A stretch of DNA of 9,488 nucleotides from Candidatus Iainarchaeum sp. GTDB lineage: Archaea; Iainarchaeota; Iainarchaeia; Iainarchaeales; CSSED10-239. The stretch covers positions 1-9,488 of the forward strand of contig PWLL01000066.1 in NCBI GenBank assembly GCA_003559395.1, read 5' to 3'. Shown piece after piece: positions 6,966-9,488 of this stretch (the first letter of the stretch is position 1; every line of letters begins with the position of its first letter). A model generated the notes under the pieces. It saw nothing but the letters and a program-made list of their open reading frames with translations, made no database searches and was not told where the DNA came from. Both the position numbers and the translations under genes were made by a program.

Positions 6966-7742
6966 TTGTTTAAGAAAAAAAGAGAAAATACACTTGAAAA
7001 ACCATTATCACAATCATCAATAAAACAAGTATATCTTGATATACAAGATGGACAAAAAACACTTTTAGGAGAAGATCAACTAGGTTTGATTTATCTTGGA
7101 AAAGCAGTTTTTAAAAATCAAGATCGAATGCCTGTTTCTATAAAGATATATCACATACCTTTAGAAAAAGATGTTGTAAAAGAATATTTAGACGCAATCT
7201 TAATACTAAAAGAACTTAAGAAAAAAAAAGATATTTTATTTAACACCAACTCAAAAAACGTTTTTTTAAAACTTAATTTCCTAAAAACTCAAACAGAAAG
7301 ACATATAGAAGGAGAATGGGTGTATGTGTCTTATTATCATGAGAAAAAAAACTTTGAATATCATCCAGATCTTAAAAAAATAAAAATTCCTTTTGAAGAA
7401 AAAAAAGAAGAACTAGTGTGGATATTTACTAAGTTTTTAGAAAATAGAATCTATCCTACTAACCAATTGATTTTAGAGTTTTTAAACATAGATACAAAAA
7501 AAAACATAAACTTAGATAAAATTGTAAAAGAAAGAGACCAACTAAAAAATCCAGAGATACAATTTGATTTGTTGATGATGAAACTAAAATGGCTTGCAAG
7601 AGAAATTTCTAGAAATAAAAAAAACATGTACGATTGTGATCTTTATGAGTTGTGTGATGTTGTAAATAAATATAGTAGTTTTAGAAAAATAAAAAACAAA
7701 ATAAACGAATATAAAAAGAAAATAAGGTTTGAAAAAGCATGA
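6966..7742 (+). CDS. Hypothetical protein of 258 aa. It may be a highly divergent RIO/Bud32-like atypical kinase fold lacking the catalytic Asp. It is translationally coupled to herA.
   Basis: The TTG start has GGTGA (6957-6961) 4 nt upstream, matching the spacing at neighbouring genes. The stop overlaps the herA ATG (ATGA at 7739-7742). Residues 40-63 'GLIYLGKAVFKNQDRMPVSIKIYH' resemble the RIO glycine loop plus beta3 Lys, and N166 and D176 are spaced like the catalytic-loop Asn and metal-binding Asp. No HxD is present. The confidence value refers to it being a real CDS; the fold assignment is about 0.25. Confidence 0.75.
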   Translation: MFKKKRENTLEKPLSQSSIKQVYLDIQDGQKTLLGEDQLGLIYLGKAVFKNQDRMPVSIKIYHIPLEKDVVKEYLDAILILKELKKKKDILFNTNSKNVFLKLNFLKTQTERHIEGEWVYVSYYHEKKNFEYHPDLKKIKIPFEEKKEELVWIFTKFLENRIYPTNQLILEFLNIDTKKNINLDKIVKERDQLKNPEIQFDLLMMKLKWLAREISRNKKNMYDCDLYELCDVVNKYSSFRKIKNKINEYKKKIRFEKA

Positions 7743-9277
7743 TGAATCTAAAAGATATAGGCACAATCATTTCTACGATAGATGGACCATCTACAACAAA
7801 GATTTCTTTTGTGTGTACAAGTAAGGTTGTACATAAAGGAAGCTATGTTCAAATCAACTATTCACAAGGAAGCTTAATAGGCGTCGTAACAGACGTAATC
7901 AAAAGAAATAGATATTTTGAAAACCCAGACTCAGTAAAAGAATTTGAAATTTCACAAGAAGATATTTCAAAAGTTTTGCCAAGTGAAGAATGGGAGTTTT
8001 TAGAAAGTGTTGTAAAACCTTTGGGAGTTTGTTTAGAAAAAAGAATTTCTAAAATCACTGTCCCTCCATCACCAGGAGCAAAAGTATATCTTGCTGATGA
8101 AAAACTTTTGTCTAGATTTTTAAAATTTGCAGAAAACGGCTTGTTTTTAGGAAATATAGATAACCCTTCTACAAAAGTAAAATTTGATCTTGATAAATTG
8201 TTTCAAAAACACTTAGCGATTCTTGCACAATCAGGTGCTGGGAAAAGTTATTTGACATCTGTTATTTTAGAAGAACTTTTAGACAGAAAAAAAGAAGATG
8301 GCAGACTTGCAGTTGTTCTTTTTGATACGCATGGAGAATATTATAGCTTTGCAGACCCTACAACAAATAAAGAACATACAGACTATTCATCAAAAACAAC
8401 ATATATAAACTCAAAAGATATAAAAATTGGATGTACTGGTTTACAATCTTCTTTTTTTTATTCAATTTTGCCAAATCTTTCACATGCACAAAAAAGAGAA
8501 TTGTCCTTAATTATTGAAGATCTTAAAAAAGAAACCAAAACAGGAGCAGGACCATTTGATCTAAGAGCTATTATTAATAAAACAAAAATTTTAAATGTTT
8601 CAGAAAAAGTAAAAAATATACTTATTAACGAACTATATTCTTTAGAATCAATGAGGTTGTTTGGAAAAACAGACTCTCCATCTATCTATGATATAGTAAA
8701 TCCTGGAAAATTAACCTTAGTTGATTTTTCAAAAGAAACTAATCAAAAAAGAAAACAAACCATTCTTTATTATTTTGCACATAAGCTTTTTTATGGAAGA
8801 GTCAATAACGATAATGTGCCTCCGTGTCTTATGATAATAGAAGAAGCACATCAGTATGCTCCAGAAACAACAACTAAAGAAAACGCACTATCTAAAAACC
8901 TATTAGAAAGAATTGCACGAGAAGGACGAAAGTTTGGTTGTTGTATTTGTTTGATTTCTCAAAGACCTGTTAGATTGTCATCAACCATCTTATCACAAGC
9001 AAACACCCACATTATGTTAAGAGTAACCAATCCTCACGATCTTAAACATATAGGACAATCAAGTGAAGGGCTAGATCAAAGATCAATTGATATGATCTCT
9101 TCTTTAAAAGTAGGAGAAGCAATTGTTGTTGGAGAAGCCAGCAGTTTTCCTGTGTTTTTTAGTGTTAGACAGAAAAAGTCCAAAGACTCACATCTTGCTA
9201 ACGACCTATCTTCTTTATCTAAGAACTATGAGCTTAATAAAGAACTACAAGACAAAGATATAGAAAGTTTTATGTGA
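7739..9277 (+). CDS. herA: HerA-type hexameric DNA translocase/helicase ATPase (FtsK-HerA superfamily), 512 aa.
   Basis: The N-terminal HAS-barrel-like segment is 'IGTIISTIDGPSTTKISFV...GSYVQINY..GSLIGVVTDV'. Walker A is 'ILAQSGAGKSY' (nt 8228-8248). Walker B is 'CLMIIEEAHQYAP' (EE at 8840-8845). The Arg-finger region is 'REGRKFGCCICLISQRP'. The C-terminal 'GEAIVVGEASSFPVFFSVR' is typical of archaeal HerA. Confidence 0.9.
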   Translation: MMNLKDIGTIISTIDGPSTTKISFVCTSKVVHKGSYVQINYSQGSLIGVVTDVIKRNRYFENPDSVKEFEISQEDISKVLPSEEWEFLESVVKPLGVCLEKRISKITVPPSPGAKVYLADEKLLSRFLKFAENGLFLGNIDNPSTKVKFDLDKLFQKHLAILAQSGAGKSYLTSVILEELLDRKKEDGRLAVVLFDTHGEYYSFADPTTNKEHTDYSSKTTYINSKDIKIGCTGLQSSFFYSILPNLSHAQKRELSLIIEDLKKETKTGAGPFDLRAIINKTKILNVSEKVKNILINELYSLESMRLFGKTDSPSIYDIVNPGKLTLVDFSKETNQKRKQTILYYFAHKLFYGRVNNDNVPPCLMIIEEAHQYAPETTTKENALSKNLLERIAREGRKFGCCICLISQRPVRLSSTILSQANTHIMLRVTNPHDLKHIGQSSEGLDQRSIDMISSLKVGEAIVVGEASSFPVFFSVRQKKSKDSHLANDLSSLSKNYELNKELQDKDIESFM

Positions 9278-9279
9278 TA

Positions 9280-9284
9280 TTTTT
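9280..9284 (+). terminator. Oligo-T tract (T5) 2 nt after the herA stop, a possible operon terminator.
   Basis: 'TGA ta TTTTT ataag', followed by a 158-nt non-coding spacer, the second longest in the window. Support is weak because of the AT bias. Confidence 0.3.
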
Positions 9285-9395
9285 ATAAGAAACCTAAATA
9301 ATACTATAGAAAAATATATAAATCCTTTCGCTACTTTTAAAATAAAAGTACGTTTATAAACTAAACTATGTCTAAGAATATTGGTAATAATATAA

Positions 9396-9420
9396 TAAAA
9401 GATTTTTAATAAATCTTTTA
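9396..9420. repeat. Inverted repeat with 10-bp arms, TAAAAGATTT / AAATCTTTTA, and a 5-nt loop.
   Basis: The arms 9396-9405 and 9411-9420 are perfectly complementary. The repeat ends 5 nt before the GGTGA (9426-9430) of the next ORF. Confidence 0.5.
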
Positions 9421-9435
9421 GAAAAGGTGATATAT

Positions 9436-9488
9436 ATGAAAAATATAATGAAAGACTTTGATGAAGACTTTGAAGAATATGAAGAAGA
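9436..9488 (+). CDS. 5' end of an unidentified ORF (MKNIMKDFDEDFEEYEE...) that runs off the window.
   Basis: The ATG at 9436 has GGTGA 5 nt upstream, the same SD geometry as the other genes. Only 17 acidic codons are visible, so no family assignment is possible. Confidence 0.35.
   Translation, partial: MKNIMKDFDEDFEEYEE

Noticed and set aside
7363-7410. 'HPD..(x8)..EEK' in the unknown ORF, considered as a PD-(D/E)xK nuclease motif.
   Set aside because: The pattern is trivially frequent in a Lys/Glu-rich protein, and the surrounding sequence does not look like the required beta-strand context. It is kept only as something for a structure prediction to exclude.
7584-8058. Minus-strand ORFs of 60 and 66 aa, at 7584-7766 and 7858-8058.
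   Set aside because: They are antisense to the unknown ORF/herA junction and to the herA HAS-barrel region. Their composition is that of an artefact and they have no translation signals.

Overview
The window is a very AT-rich, Lys/Glu-rich, tightly packed archaeal segment. The gene content is archaea-specific, and GGTGA Shine-Dalgarno boxes sit 4-6 nt upstream of most starts. It plausibly comes from a small-genome, DPANN-like archaeon, but that is inference only. In order: (1) a 5'-truncated rad50 on the + strand (zinc hook CPVC, LSGGE signature, Walker B). (2) A minus-strand PIN-toxin/RHH-antitoxin (vapBC-type) cassette of about 750 bp. It is bracketed by a perfect 22-bp direct repeat that duplicates the last 7 codons plus stop of rad50. 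(3) Six + strand genes spaced -4 to +15 nt apart: priS, gins51, aIF2-alpha, a PAC2-family proteasome-assembly-chaperone homologue, an unknown 258-aa ORF, and herA. (4) The first 53 nt of another + strand ORF. I saw no rRNA, tRNA, CRISPR array, transposase or integrase. Three things seem most worth following up. First, the direct-repeat-bounded TA cassette, which looks like an insertion footprint at the rad50 3' end. Second, the uncharacterised ORF that is translationally coupled (ATGA overlap) to herA where nurA or mre11 would normally sit; it has a faint RIO/Bud32-like kinase N-lobe signature but no catalytic Asp. Third, the apparent fusion of herA into the conserved priS-gins-aIF2alpha replication/translation neighbourhood, about 5 kb downstream of rad50. 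All homology calls come from motif recognition by eye, and no searches were run.
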